NCBI GenBank assembly: GCA_002633005.1 | Contig: NMRA01000059.1 | Location: forward strand, 22,697 to 86,696 | Direction: 5' to 3' | Length of the DNA stretch: 64,000 nucleotides | DNA from: Phoronis australis | Taxonomy: Eukaryota > Animalia > Phoronida | Shown here: piece by piece, positions 12,381 to 26,200 of the stretch | Layout: each line of letters starts with the position of its first letter | Numbering within the stretch: position 1 is the first letter of the stretch | The notes under the pieces: model-generated | The model's input: only the letters and a program-made list of their open reading frames with translations | What the model was told of the DNA's origin: nothing | The model's database searches: none | Program-made: the position numbers and the translations under genes

Positions 12381-12442
12381 CATAAACATTCCATCCCCTG
12401 AAGAAGTACATCCTGAAGTGTGTAGATGCTGACAGTTCCAAT

Positions 12443-12860
12443 CAGTGGCTGATTTACTAGCCTTCTGTTTCTTACATAAAGTCTTGATTTTCTGCAAGCA
12501 GCCCATCCAACTCTTAACTCACGAAGTCGTTCCAAATGATAATGTTCCGATTCCTCTTGGTCCTTCTTCAGCTTCTCCCTGACCATATTCACAATTTCCG
12601 GTTTATCAGGACACAGCTTCCCTTCTGGTTTTGCTTTCCCAGCCATGACAGCTCATTATCATGTTCATTCCACCTACTCCAGCATGGCCTGGGGTAAATA
12701 TCCAGGTGATCTTTTTCAATGTTGCCTTTGTTAGGTGCTCAGTCCATTCAGCTCTCAAATGTCCACTTTCAATTTTCTTCAGAGTACTGTGAATCTGTAA
12801 CAAAGATCACATGTGCTTGCCGAGTTGTTGTGACCCACTCAAGAGTTTTCACGAGAGCAG
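12443..12860 (-). pseudogene. Retrotransposon RNase H fragment (frameshifted)
   Basis: VIFVTDSQ / TLKKIE...ITWIFTPGHAGVGG / NEH, matching the RNase H motifs 'IFTDS' and 'WVPGH.G..GNE.AD'. Confidence 0.75.
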
Positions 12861-12879
12861 ATCTCAGAGAAAAAATCAT

Positions 12880-13020
12880 GAGCAAGAGTGGCAAATTCAT
12901 TTAAGGCAGTACATTGTCTCATTACTGATGGCAATGAGTTCCACAGCAAAGTACCTTTATGGGAGATTGAGTTACACCCGTAAGTCATGGTATTAAAGCG
13001 TTTCACATAGAGCCAGTTAA
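12880..13020 (-). pseudogene. CR1/L2-type LINE ORF2 C-terminal fragment (also at ~14790-14925)
   Basis: RFNTMTYGCNSISHKGTLLWNSLPSVMRQCTALNEF resembles the 'T..YG..S....G..LWN.LP......SL..F' ending of CR1-clade RTs. Confidence 0.6.
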
Positions 13021-13989
13021 ACATCTGAGACCGTATCCATGTACTTAGGAGGCATGTAAAACACTTTTAGTAAAAGTGTATTACAAAAACTTAAAATTAA
13101 AAAGTATGTGGGTGGAAATTGACTTATTTCTATAGCAAAATGTTAATCAGTGCCATAACAATTCTGTATGTAGAGATACCGGCACATCAGTGGGTCTACA
13201 TACACAAGTATGCGGTATGCAACAGTCATAACAACTTTGTTGAGGTAGTATCTTCTCACATCGTGTGCACACCCTCTAGTGGTAATAAAGAGAGTTAATA
13301 CCAACAGGAAGCAGTGTGGCTGACATGTCACCTTAGTGCAAAACAAGTTTGACGTAGGTGATGTCATAGGTCCAACAAGTTTGACGTAGGTGATGTCATA
13401 GGTCCAACAAGTTTGACGTAGGTGATGTCATAGGTCCAACAAGTTTGACGTGGGTGATGTCACAGGTCCAACATTCTGCATGCTTCACAGGGTTCATAAA
13501 GTTTTGTGAATCCATACGAGAAGTTCTTGTCTTATCGCATTTAGCCAAATAACTATAATTAAAATATATACAATTAAATAATTCTGTTTGTAAAAATAGA
13601 AAGATTCTGAAATCTGAGTTGACTTTATACCACTCTGCCATTGGGTCATGTGATCCTGTATAATAAAGGTACATTAGTAACAAAACAATGTTATGTCAAG
13701 ATGATCAAATGTCTTGTGTTATTTCTATATAAAATGTCAAGAATTATGTTAGTTTTTTTTAATTATTTAATTATTAATTTTTGTTTTTGGTATGTGACCT
13801 TATTTTTTCATAAAAATGCTAAACATCTTATTTTGTTAGTCCTTCGTGCAAAAGTGGAAAAATTTGAAAGAAAGTTTTTTGGGGGAGTAGTGCATAAAGC
13901 GTGAAATGTACATTTGAGTCAATTCAGTCAGATGGGACATGATGTTCTAAATATATATATATATATATTTATTCAATAACTAGGCCTCC

Positions 13990-14765
13990 GGCCCTTGTTA
14001 CAATCAAATCATCAAATACAATAAAGGTAAGTGTCAAACACTAGAAGTAAACCGAATTCTTCTTCGCTTGAATGCGAATGCTGCTGGCCCGCAAACACAA
14101 CCTCGAGCAGACTGCATCCCAACTGGCGGAGTTCAATGATGGCAGCCGACTGCTCGAAGCCGGTATCATTTATGGCCATGCTGCGAAGAGTCACAAGAAG
14201 AGCCGTGCCCGAGTGTTGTCAAATCAAATGCTTACAGGCAACGTCAGCCCTGGAGTTCTGCGCCTTCTGCTGTCACGGGGATGGTCTGGGGAGGGGAATA
14301 GTGCATCAGCATATCCCCAATGATCCTGTCCGTGACAGGTATTACAGGNCAGTGGCTGATTTACTAGCCTTCTGTTTCTTACACAAAGTCTTGATTTTCT
14401 GCAAGCAGCCCATCCAACTCCTAACTCACGAAGTCGTTCCAAATGATGATGTTCCGATTCCTCTTGGTCCTTCTTCAACTTCTCCCGGACCATATTCACA
14501 ATTTCCGGTTTATCAGGACACAGCTTCCCTTCTGGTTTTGCTTTCCCAGCCAGCTCATCAGCATGTTCATTCCACCTACTCCAGCATGGCCTGGGGTAAA
14601 TATCCAGGTGATCTTTTTCAAAGTTGCCTTTGTTAGGTGCTCAGTCCATTCAGCTCTCAAATGTCCATTTTCAATTTTCTTCAGAGTACTGTGAATCTGT
14701 AACAAAGATCACATGTGCTTGCCAAGTTGTTGTCACCCACTCAAGAGTTTTCACGAGAGCAGATC
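13990..14765 (-). pseudogene. Retrotransposon RNase H fragment, second copy, with adjacent distinct segment ending at (TA)n
   Basis: ITWIFTPGHAGVGG / NEHADELAGKAK, then CNTCHGQDH across the N at 14349. Confidence 0.65.
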
Positions 14766-16627
14766 TCAGAGAAAAAATCATGAGCAAGAGTGGCAAATTC
14801 ATTTAAGGCAGTACATTGTCTCATTACTGATGGCAATGAGTTCCACAGCAAAGTACCTTTATGGGAGATTGAGTTACACCCGTAAGTCATGGTATTAAAG
14901 CGTTTCACATAGAGCCAGTTAAACGTCTGAGACCGTATCCATATACTTAGGAGGCATGTAAAACACTTTTAGTAAAAGTGTATTACAAAAACTTAAAATT
15001 AAAAAGTACGTGGGTGAAACTTGACTTATTTCTATAGCAAAATGTTAATCAGTGCCATAACAATTCTGTATGTAGAGATACCGGCACATCAGTGGGTCTA
15101 CATACACAAGTATACGGTATGCAACAGTCATAACAACTGTGTTGAGTCAGTATCTTCTCACATCGTGTGCACACCCTCTAGTGGTAATAAACAGAGTTAA
15201 TACCAACAGGAAGCAGTGTGGCTGACATGTCACCTTAGTGCAAAACAAGTTTGACGTAGGTGATGTCATAGGTCTAACAAGTTTGACGTAGGTGATGTCA
15301 TAGGTCCAACAAGTTTGACGTAGGTAATGTCATAGGACCAACAAGTTTGACGTAGGTGATGTCACAGGTCCAACATTCTGCATGCTTCACAGGGTTCATA
15401 AAGTGTTGTGAATCCATACGAGATGTTCATGTCTGATCGCATTTAGCCAAATAACTATAATTAAAAAATATACAATTAAATAATTCTGTTTGTAAAAATA
15501 TATATTTTCTAACTGTACAGAAAGATTCTGAAATCTGAGTTGACTTTATACCACCCTGGCATTGGGTCATGTGATCCTGTATAATAAAAGTACATTAGTA
15601 ACAAAACAATGGTAGGTCAAGATGATCAAATGTCTTGTGTTATTTCAATATGAAATGTCAAGAATTATATTAGTTTTTTTTTAATTATTTAATTATTATT
15701 TTTTGTTTTTGGTATGTGACCTTATTTTTTCATAAAAATGATAAAAGTCTTATTTTGTTAGTCCTTCGTGCAATAGTGGAAAAATTTGAAAGAAAGTTTT
15801 TTGGGGGAGTAGTGCATAAAGTGTGAAATGTACATTTGAGTCGATTCAGTCACATGAGACATGATGTTCTAAAGTTAACCAAATTTGGACATCTCGGTTA
15901 CAATGTACACATGACCTGCAAAACTATTGGACTTGGCAGCTTAACTTTTCAGTAACATCGTAGGAAAAAATTTGTACTGGCATTTATTTTGTCAGTGGTT
16001 GATAAAGACTCACATAGAAATTACTTCTGCACATGTCATATTGTTATTTAATTATAAAACTGAAACTTTCGTTGAATTAGGCCTACCTCTCTGTGTATGC
16101 TGAAAGTCGTATTGAATATAAAACTGAGACCTTTGTTGAAACTGTAAGTTTTGTGTCAATGTCAGGACTTTTTTGAGCGAATAAGTATTATGTTCATTGT
16201 TTTAAGTTAATTCATTTTAAAATATTTTACCCACAATCCTTTGAAATGTTGTACCCACAATCCTTTCCTTTTGATCATCAGATTGACATTGAATGCCCTG
16301 CTTCTCTCTATTATTTCCTTACATAGTCTCCAAAACAGCAACCATACTCAAGTGCAGGTGTACTCAACAATATGTTGAACATGATCTGCTACTGACAACT
16401 TATGATGTTACTGATCATCACTGTTGACTAGCTATAAGTTCCCACCCTTGTAGGGAACAAGCAAGACCAAAGCGATCCCATTTGCTGGGAGCTTCTATGG
16501 GTTTTCCCAATTTAATATCTCTGCAGACGGTCTTCAACCCTCCAAAAATCTTATTAATTGATTTAGAAATGAATAAAAATCTTTTCGGATTGTTTTCTTG
16601 TTCATGTATTTGTTAAATATGTTTATA

Positions 16628-16912
16628 GAGGGTCCCCAGCACAGTCCATGAGGGCACCCTGCACAGTGCATGAGGGTAGCCTGCACAGTGCATGAGGGTC
16701 CCCAGCACAGTCTATGAGGGTACCCTGTACAGTCCATGAGTGTACCCTGCACTGTCCATTAGGGTCCCCTGCATAGCCCATGAGGGTACCCTGCACAGTC
16801 CATAGTTGTACCCTGTACAGTCCATGAGTGCACCCTGTACACTCCATGAGGGTACCTTGCACAGTCCACGAGTGTACTCTTCACAGTCCATTAGGGTAGC
16901 CTGTACAGTCCA
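16628..16912. repeat. Minisatellite, ~22-bp degenerate unit
   Basis: GCACAGTCCATGAGGGTACCCT repeated. Confidence 0.9.
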
Positions 16913-19182
16913 TGTAAAATTATAAGTTGCAATGATAACAATGTATCTCAATGAATAGAATGAACAAAATAAGAAATGTGATAAGACATGGAGTGCAAAT
17001 GTAGATATTAGTGGATAGCCATACTCAGGTGTGTTGGTCTTCACAGTCAAGCTTCTTCGTTAGATCTAGAATGGCACTCACTCACCAACACCTGACTTGT
17101 ATATAGACACATCTCTCAATAAAGTGTATGATTTTCTATTTGTTCTTTCCTATTTTGTTCAAAACATTCTCCATGCGTGTCCTATCACTAGTGCCGTTGT
17201 ATTAGTAACTGTCGCCTCTGTTAACTCAACTACTCTTAATAAACTCTTCTGTTGCAAACTTTGGTAGAGTTCTAAACAAAAAGTTCTTTGAAAGGAATTA
17301 ATAATAAATCTTTAGGCTCACCACATGTATCTGCTCTATGTGAGCACTATACAGAGGGTCAAATACTTATGTCCAAGTATCTTAACTTTCCGTACCAGCA
17401 AACCATTAACATTTGGTGACAGGGCCTTATTTATATGGCTGTTAGACGTGACCAGGTAGATTGCCTTTCCGGGCCTCTTGATTTCTGTTCTCATCCCCTC
17501 ATATCAAACAAGTTGACAGTCAAGACAAGATGTATCTTTTTAAATTGCTAACATATCAAACACAGTTTTATGAAATATGAACCCCACATTTAAATGAACA
17601 CCCTCCTTATATTTGTATAGTACTCTTTCTTTGGAAATAAAATCGTTGCTATTTGTTTTGTTTAATAATGTTTACTTTTTTCTTTAAGAAGTAGATTGTT
17701 TCTATTAGTTTTATTCTTTATTGTTTTAATTGCAAGGTTTAAAATCAAAGCTTTGAATATTAACATTTGAAATTGTTTATTAAATTATGGTGTTTTCAAC
17801 AGTAAGAATGTCACTTAAATGGAGTATATAGAACTTTAGAGTGAACTCAATTATTTTCTGCAATCCAATGAAATAAGCTGAATATTATCTTGTTTTTACT
17901 GTTTCAAATAAAATAAACCCAATCAGTAAGTGATTGTAAAGAGAAAAATGCTAGTGTAGGCACACAAGGCCCTCAATTCTTCAATTTTGTGGCCAAATAT
18001 CATCCCCATTACCCTCTGAAAAATATTTACTGGTAAAAATTACACGACATTCCCTTCATAAGGTCCATATTCCCCTCAAGGGATTAAAAAATTCCCAGCT
18101 TATTGCAACAGCACAAAAATCCAGTATTGTCTACTTGAGGCAGACCCAATGAGGGTTGGCGACGGGCTGAATGCTATTGATGATGGCAAGGGTAAAATTT
18201 TCCCATGACCCCAAAATTCACCTCTCAGGTACAGGCAGTTTTCCTGACAGGTGAACGAGGGCCTTAGCACACTACACCATGTGATTCCCTTGCCAAATAT
18301 CCCATGTGCAGTTGATGCTTTAGTGTATAAAATTTTAGAAGGCCTCAATTTCCTTTGCCTTGGGTTAACTAGAATATAAAAAAGCTTTTCAATAATTGCT
18401 TGTTTCCGTGGGCTTGAACAAACAGTAGATTAGTGGTTTCACCTGTGACCTGTTGACTCATGTCGTGACTGAAACTGAAATCCCCGGTCACCATGCTACC
18501 ATTTGTCAATATGTAGGTGGATGTTACATACTTATGAGCTCATATGATTAAAAATATTTGACATGTGACCACTAGGTAATTTATAATAGGCCAAGTGCCG
18601 TGCCCATTATACTATTCATTTTGTAATTTCTCTTGCGATTGGTGTGTCAGTGAAGATCAAGGCATGACTCTTGTGAAACATTTTCGCTCTTCAGACCAAC
18701 TTAGAGCCAATTCTCTTTCAAGCATACATGTAGGTTGCTTTTGATTTATCATTTGATAACATTGGGGTCTTTGTAATGTTTTCCTGATTATGGCACCATC
18801 TGTATTCTAAAGTGTTGCTTTGTATTGTTCCCAACACCACTAGCCATGTCTCTTCAGTTGTCCAATGCCCTGTTCCCACCAAGTTCAATTTAGTACAAAG
18901 GGAAGCATTCATGTAAACTGGGAATTTATCTTGAGCTTTCTCATTGGCTTTGGTAGTTAATGGACATGGTAACTATGGATAGGTGATGTTATCATGGTCT
19001 AAGTTATCACAAGGTGGTGTGTCACCATTGTCACATCAATGACCCTTCCAATAACTTTGATGGACACTGAGCACATATCCATGCTTTGTTGTTAAAACTC
19101 AAATTTGCCGATTTAACACAAAATGAACTTGATGTCTCAAGGTTATGTAGGATCCTAGGAAAATGTCCAATGACGGTCAAGT

Positions 19183-19403
19183 TCAGAGTATTATATCAGA
19201 GCATTACATCAGAGCATTATATCAGAGCATTATATCGGAGCATTATATCGGAGCATTATATCGGAGCATAATATCGGAGCATTATATCGGAGCATTTAAT
19301 TATGTCAGAGCATTATATCGGAGCATTATATCGGAGCATTATATCGGAGCATTATATCGGAGCATTATATCAGAGCATTATATCAGAGCATTATATCAGA
19401 GCA
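19183..19403. repeat. Minisatellite, ~13-bp unit
   Basis: GAGCATTATATC(A/G) repeated. Confidence 0.95.
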
Positions 19404-19939
19404 ATGGCATATCAGATCTGCGTGAAACTTCCAGGCATTAATTTACACACTGTTCTCAAAAAATGCTATTAGAAATTGTTTTGAATATGTTCCAGTTTTG
19501 GGGAGCTGTCAAAAACAGGACTTATTTTTTATGAAAACAAACTTAATAAGTTGCATAAAAAATTATAATTTTGAAAATTGTAGCAGAGTTTTTGAGATTT
19601 TATCTTGAACATTTATATCCTACACAATTTTGTAATGTTGTTCATCCTGTTGCTTTCCTATGAATGTTCCTTTCTTTTCGATAAATTTTCCAAAAATAGC
19701 AAGCTCACTTGACCTAATGGCAGATTGGCATAAAGTCAAAAATCAAATTCTTCGGAAATTCTGCAAACATATGTACTTTTGCTGAGTTAAATTCTATAGT
19801 TTTGTAAATAGTTGGCTGAATGTGCAGATTTGTTGATAATGTCATACATAACCTGATTGTATATATAATTGTTCAAATCCTGTGTGAAATAGGCTGATCA
19901 TAGGATGTATGACATAACAGTTGGCTGTAAACAGTTGGG

Positions 19940-20011
19940 TCCTCAGTAACTCAGTGGCAAGAGCACTAGACCAGCAGTCTAGAAACCTGTGGTTCGATTC
20001 CCAGTTGGGGT
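19940..20011 (+). pseudogene. tRNA-like sequence (tRNA pseudogene or SINE head)
   Basis: A-box TAACTCAGTGG, anticodon stem CTAGA/TCTAG with 7-nt loop CCAGCAG, B-box GGTTCGATTCC; imperfect stems. Confidence 0.55.
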
Positions 20012-21951
20012 TCCTGAGTTTTCTGTGTTTATTTGATGTATCATACATAACCTTATCATCTATCCAAGACCAACTTTAAGCGTTCTCAGTTACCAACGCT
20101 CTCCCTAAACACTTAGTCTGGATCTTACGTGAGGAAAACTTAGAGACTCCGTACCATTTAGGATGTTCCTGTTTCACAGGGCAGTTTAGAATATTGGTAA
20201 AATCTCACCAATTTTGGACAAAGGCAAAATTACTTATTTCTAGCTAGTTTTCAACAATTTCAAACATTGTTGCTATTGACTGCAATTTCTCATGCCATTG
20301 ATTGGAGCTGTGATACAGAACACTGATATTAAACATGTATTTGGTGCTATTCTGTTTTTTATAAATAATGAGAAAGAAAATCTCTATTGACAGTCTTACT
20401 TTGTGTCCTAAATTGAGATTTTGAACACAGATGTCAGTATGACGATCACAACGGTATATATCGTGAAAAAAACATGGAGGCGTTTGTGTAAGTGAATCGT
20501 CTGGTTGGACACCCATTCCCAAAATGAGTTTTAAGTGGCTAGGCTCTTGACTAAGATATGACCACACTTACTATAGGCCTATGACTATACTTACTCATAA
20601 TCGATCATTGCACAAAGGTGTGTCCTACTCCTCTGAGCTCAGTTTTACTAGTGACTGTATGCAAGAGAATGAATGAGAACCTGGGTATAATGTGAAAGTG
20701 ATCTCTGGGGCTGTGCTCATATTATTACTACACTTACTAATACTATATGACCACATTTACTATATCTATCCTAACACAGATTTTGGTAAGAAATGAACTC
20801 TGTATCCTTTATCAAAACCTATTTTGCCAAAGCATCTGATTTATACTGTGATATACCAGAACTACAAATGAAATTCTTAAATTTGGAACAAAACGCTTCG
20901 GAAAATCCCTATTCTTCGCTTTATGAGAGGTTTACTGCATTGTTAATTTTACCATTTGACTACATCTGTACAATTTCAATGGGTTAAAATAGCATTTATT
21001 TATTTATTTGTTTGAAAGTTGACAAAACACGATTCTACTTTTGCATATTGTGTTCTAAATAGATGACTTTATACTCAATGTCCAAAAGTGCAAATAGTTT
21101 GTCAATTGTGTGGAGCCCCAGTATACTTGCCCCCATTTTGTTCTATAAACCTTTCATTCCTGTTTGTTCAAAATCCAAAGAATCATGCCGAGTAACCTGT
21201 AGGTTATCAGAGGGTGTGATATTTTATAAACAATATAATTATACTTTAGATGAGCCTTCAAAACTGAAACAACTGCTTATGTTTTGTAAATACTATAAGT
21301 GGAATCTACTTCAGAAAAGAGATTTCTGAGATCACCATCAAAGTCACAACTTGAAATCACTGTGCTACTGAGAGCTAAACTCCACTCTATAAACTGCAGC
21401 TTTGTATCACTGAATGGCTGACAGAGAGTGGTGAGAAATGGCAATCCGTAATCAAATCACAAAAGCAACACATTTTGTTACTTTATGACTCTCTGGTCCA
21501 AGCCAATGTTAAGGATTTCAACAAGTCTCTGGTCCAAGCCAATGTTAATAACTTCAACAAGTCTCTGTCATCCAATAATTATCACAAAAATACACTTTTG
21601 ACTGTAAAGCTGAAATTTTGTCACTGTACTGTTTCAATTGTGTCTTATCTGCTTTAAGATAGGTGTCACATGGGTTATTATCTTTTGGCCTTTTCTCACA
21701 GCCCTATCAATCACTTGACTTTTTAAATGACTTAATCACCATTCCAAGTTTACGTACAAGTCAATATCAAAATTATTGCTAGTTTGTTTTAAGATAAACA
21801 ATTTAATGAATAAAACATGGAATAGATGTTTAGACAATGGTATTAGTTGATGTTTTTCATGCACAAAAACAAAGAAAAACTGTAGTTATGTTGTCTATAG
21901 GTGTTGCACCATTTCTATTACACCATCTTATATGCACATGGAATGATGGTA

Positions 21952-22882
21952 CTCTCGAGTTCAGAATAGTCGTATATAAACGATTATTTTTTTCAGACTC
22001 GTTTTCCGGTCTATACCATGCTTATTCGGGTCTCTACGTTATTTATTTTCTAACTTTTTTCCACTCTCCACGATTATTTGTTTCAGCAAGTTCTCAATTT
22101 TGTTTTATTCATTACAAATTTGTTACTCCAAAACTTAGCTATAGACACCATCGTACCTTGGCCGTAAAATGTGGTGTCTTCGCTCTAAACCTCTAGACCA
22201 CGAGACACTAGGTTCTGATATCGTAATTTAGAAGAGCTATATACGACTGCGCGTTACACACGGAAGTCACATGTCATACACATTAAAAGATTTTATTCGC
22301 CTAAATATACAACTGTACGTTTCAAAGCGTAAAATAATCGGACTCCCAAGCAACGGTTTACGCAACGGCTTTCTGTTGGACGGCCAGAATGTTATTTTGG
22401 ACGGGTTCGACGGGATCGGTCAGAATTAAGAAAGTGTTGGCAAAATTTAAAAAGCATGAAATGATTACCACTTCTCTTAATATTAACGGNCAAATTTGTA
22501 ATCAATGTTATTATTCCAGTCTATATTATTTTTAATTTTCCTCAAATTTCCCGTCTATACCATTATTCCTAAGAATTTGCTGTTTTGCATTATTAATCTC
22601 TTCTATAACATTATTAGATTTTGCCTAAATTTGTAACCAATATTATTATTCCAGTCTATACTATGTTTAAATTTCCACAAATTTGCCGTCTATACCATTA
22701 TTCCATTCTATACTATTATTAATTTTTTTCGACAATTTCTGGTCTATACTATTATTCTACTTTTCTAGTGGCAAAAATGTTGGGTCTATACTATTATTAG
22801 AGTCTCTACTATTATTAAAAATCGTGAAATTTTCCAGTCTATACTATTATTGCTGTCTCTACTACTATTCGGAACTCCAGAG
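21952..22882. mobile_element. Tc1/mariner-superfamily-type MITE (TA target duplication)
   Basis: TIR CTCTCGAGTTCAGAATAGTCGTATA vs reverse complement CTCTGGAGTTCCGAATAGTAGTAGA; TA on both sides; subterminal repeats GTCTATACTATTATT. Confidence 0.7.
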
Positions 22883-23134
22883 TAACTATGATATCAGAAC
22901 TAATGCTATTTACTGAGTATTTGAACAACGAATGCTTCTTTGCTAGTATTATCACACTAGGACTAATGGTTCTACTTCCAATCTCATTAATACATGTGAG
23001 AAAATATAAGTCATTCATTGCAATAGAGTTATCCTTGTTTGCCAAATGTAATCTGCATGCTAGTGTCTTACAAATCTGCTTTAATTTTCACTTGAAAACT
23101 TTCATTTCAGCATAAGAAGTTAAAGTGCACTGTA

Positions 23135-23227
23135 ATGGACCAGTATCAAGTAACCTCTGGACCAGACACCAGTGTTGCCCAGACGATATCACTCATGGGA
23201 TCTAACAGTGGGCAGAGTGCCCCCCAG
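23135..23227 (+). CDS. NFYA: NF-YA first coding exon ([10 protein letters not shown]...QSAPQ)
   Basis: Acceptor tttcag ending 23110, ATG 23135, donor gtatac; resembles the MEQY start of vertebrate NF-YA. Confidence 0.75.
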
Positions 23228-26200
23228 GTATACAGTAACTGTCATGTCAAACTATGGCTAACACTTCAACAGTAGTGTTTAGAATAGTGTCTTCAAAACA
23301 TTGAATTTTTCTTTCTACATGCCCACATATTTATCTTGACGTGGTGTTGCAGAATAACACTGCATGAGGCTATGTGAGCCCCCAAAGTTGGTTATTAGTG
23401 CAAAGGTCACCTATTTACAAATTTTTTTGCAAGATTTTACAAGTTATCAATCAATACAACAACAATTTGTTTAGCGTAGATGATGTTTAAATGACCTTGT
23501 CATTTAGTTCCTGCTATACACTAGCATAGTTAGGAGCATGTAAATACATCTTTAAGGGTTAACTTAATTTTAATTTTTATGTTTTGTATATTTCTATGCT
23601 AATAATCTGCAAAAATGTGAGGATCAAGTTTTTCTGTTCCAGTTGGCTGAGCAGAGACACGGGCCGTGTCAGCCCAAATTTCAGCACTATGACCTTGGCA
23701 TGCCTTGCCCCCAAGTGCCCTCTACCAAATGTTGTGATCTCCCACTGACCTTGATTGTCCGTTTAGGGGAGGAAATATTTTGTGACTTGGTCAAGAACCT
23801 TGTTAATGTTATCTGTCAATTTGTTAAAAGAGAATGCCACCTGATTTACTTAGTCTTTTTTTCCATCTTAATCGGTCTATATCCACATCGCCTTTTATAC
23901 GGCCGACCTCACCTTGCGGAGAGGTATCGCGTTAACCTGTGAGGAAGGTGAGAAACAATGCAGCGACGTCAGTGGTTCATCTTCAGAGTGATTGCCGCTA
24001 TATATTACGGTGCATCGTTTCCATTTGTCCGAACTATGAAGCTGCGAAGAAAGCAGGTATATCGTTTTTCGACTTCCTCAAGAGCCCGAAATTCTTAGGA
24101 AGTGGCTCGCGGTAGTGAAGAATGAAAAGTGCACTGTTATTGGCAAATATGAGGCCGTGAGACATCCCCGTGTCTGTGGCCGGCATTTTGTCGACAGTGA
24201 TTTCTCTGACGAATTCTGGCTTACCAAAGAACTTTCCATACGTTCCGTTGCCTGTGCATGTTCACGGCGCCTCTCTAGTATTTCTTGGTCAGTGTATTCC
24301 GGTTCGAACTGATAGCCTGTGAAACGATCCAACCCATGAAGTCTTTGTCGGATGAGCTCTCGACTAAGTCAGGATTGGCGCCAGGCAAGTTGCCATGTAG
24401 ACGTTTATTATTCTGCGTTCTGTTTCAAAATGAATTATTCTCGTCCTAATCAATGCTTATATAAAACTGAAACAATGTCTGTCTCATTAGATATAATTTG
24501 TAATGCCTTTGGATTATTCGTGAGTGCAAATGTTTTGAGAAGCCAGCAATGAATAAACCAGTCACGTTACAGGCTTTAGATGCAATAAAGGTAATTGACC
24601 GGGCACTGAGGCCATGTGAGCGCCTTCTAATTCAGTGTTTGCTGACAGAAAGCTGTTGTGAAACAATAACTCGGTGGCTAATTCACCTAAATAATTAGTG
24701 CACATTATTTCTTTGGCTCACTATTATAGTTTTTCGTGACTGGAGCTTTAGTTTAAGTTGGTTTATGTTCGTGATGTCCAGTCCCAGGCCGCCGGCCGCT
24801 ACGAGCCTGATCTGGTTCCGAGCCACTGACGGGGAGTAACAAGCATTTTGTGTGTTTAGAACTGAAACAATCTCAAGTCTAAAAGTAGAAAACACAGCTA
24901 TGTTCCCCCGTCTGTATTTCACGGAAGAATGATTCGAATTTATCCATTAACAGATCCAAACTCCCGCGATTGACCATGGTAAATAGAGCCCACCAAACTC
25001 TGTAGGCTATGGTACATTCAAATACCTATAAATCCATAATAGTGAAATAAAACAACACATTTGTTCAAGAACTCAATGTATTTGTAAGGGTTTTACATCA
25101 AATTTTGATGATTTATTGGTGTAAAACGATGAATTCATGCAATAATTTGACACCAGTAAGCGTGTTGTATACGGCTGAGCAGACTGCGTTCGAACCGATT
25201 ACATTGTTGGTTAACTTCAACAACTCCGTCTGCCATTAGGTGTCAGGCAAAAGACCTGAAGTTGCTGTTATCGAGTGGAACTACTCGATCTAAATTGATA
25301 CAAAATAGGTTGTTTTTGGTGGCATTCTCCTTTAACATCAGAACGAATTCTGAGATTGTTTTATTTCCAGAGTTACTAAGAAGAATCTTTGATCATATAA
25401 TGATATAATGTCCAGTGCTGATGTGCAGTCCTGCATTATGCAAAACAGGTTGTTGATTCTCACTTCCATGCTCTGTTTTAGATAATTCAGCTTCAGGGAG
25501 CACCATCAGGACAACAGTTTGTCATACAGGCCATGCCCCAAGGACAACAAATGCAAACATTCCAGATTCAGGGTCAAGGCCAGAATATCCAGGTTCAGGG
25601 CCAGTCAGGTACAGCTCAGCAGCAGCCGCAGCAGTTTCAACAGATCCAACTAGTGTCAGCAGGTCAAGTACAGCAGAGTCAGCAGGCACAGCCACAACAA
25701 GTGTGTATTGATATGATTGGCCCTCAACAGGCTTAGGATAAAGATAATTAGTACAGTTAAAGGTGCAATAAACCAGTACCTTCTGACCACAAACATCTTT
25801 TGAGTGTGGCTACTTAAAGTTGTATGAAATCAGTCTCACCTTTATCCTTACACAAATTAGAAAGGATTTCTTTGATTGAGAAGACTTGGCTTTGAAGCTG
25901 TGTCTCATGGATGGTAGGTTCATCCACGCGAGCATTGAAGTTATTAGCAGAGTTCCAGGTGTTTCATTGTGACCGATTTCACTTCAGAATATGATGCAAA
26001 ATATGTGCTTGTGGAAAAAAGTTGTTTATGACACCAGGGCTGTGTTGTGCAGAACCAGGACGACAGAGAGAAGAGATGCAGTGATTGCATGCTTGACTTA
26101 TTTTGCATGGTGATATCTTATAAAGAGTTGCCTCATCTTGTGTTTTCACCAGTTTGTTAATGTCTGCAGTACGCAGCCCGGATCATGTTTCTAGCAGATT

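Larger units (their letters stand above)
12443..15872. repeat. ~1.5-kb direct duplication (12443-13951 vs 14350-15872), probable haplotype overlap
   Basis: Near-identical copies with scattered SNPs and indels; the second copy starts exactly after a single N at 14349. Confidence 0.85.

Noticed and set aside
14031-14636. 201-aa plus-strand ORF
   Set aside because: Antisense to the RNase H remnant and spans the N junction; not a gene.
19940-20011. Functional tRNA gene
   Set aside because: Mismatched acceptor, D and T stems and a non-canonical anticodon loop; kept only as tRNA-derived.
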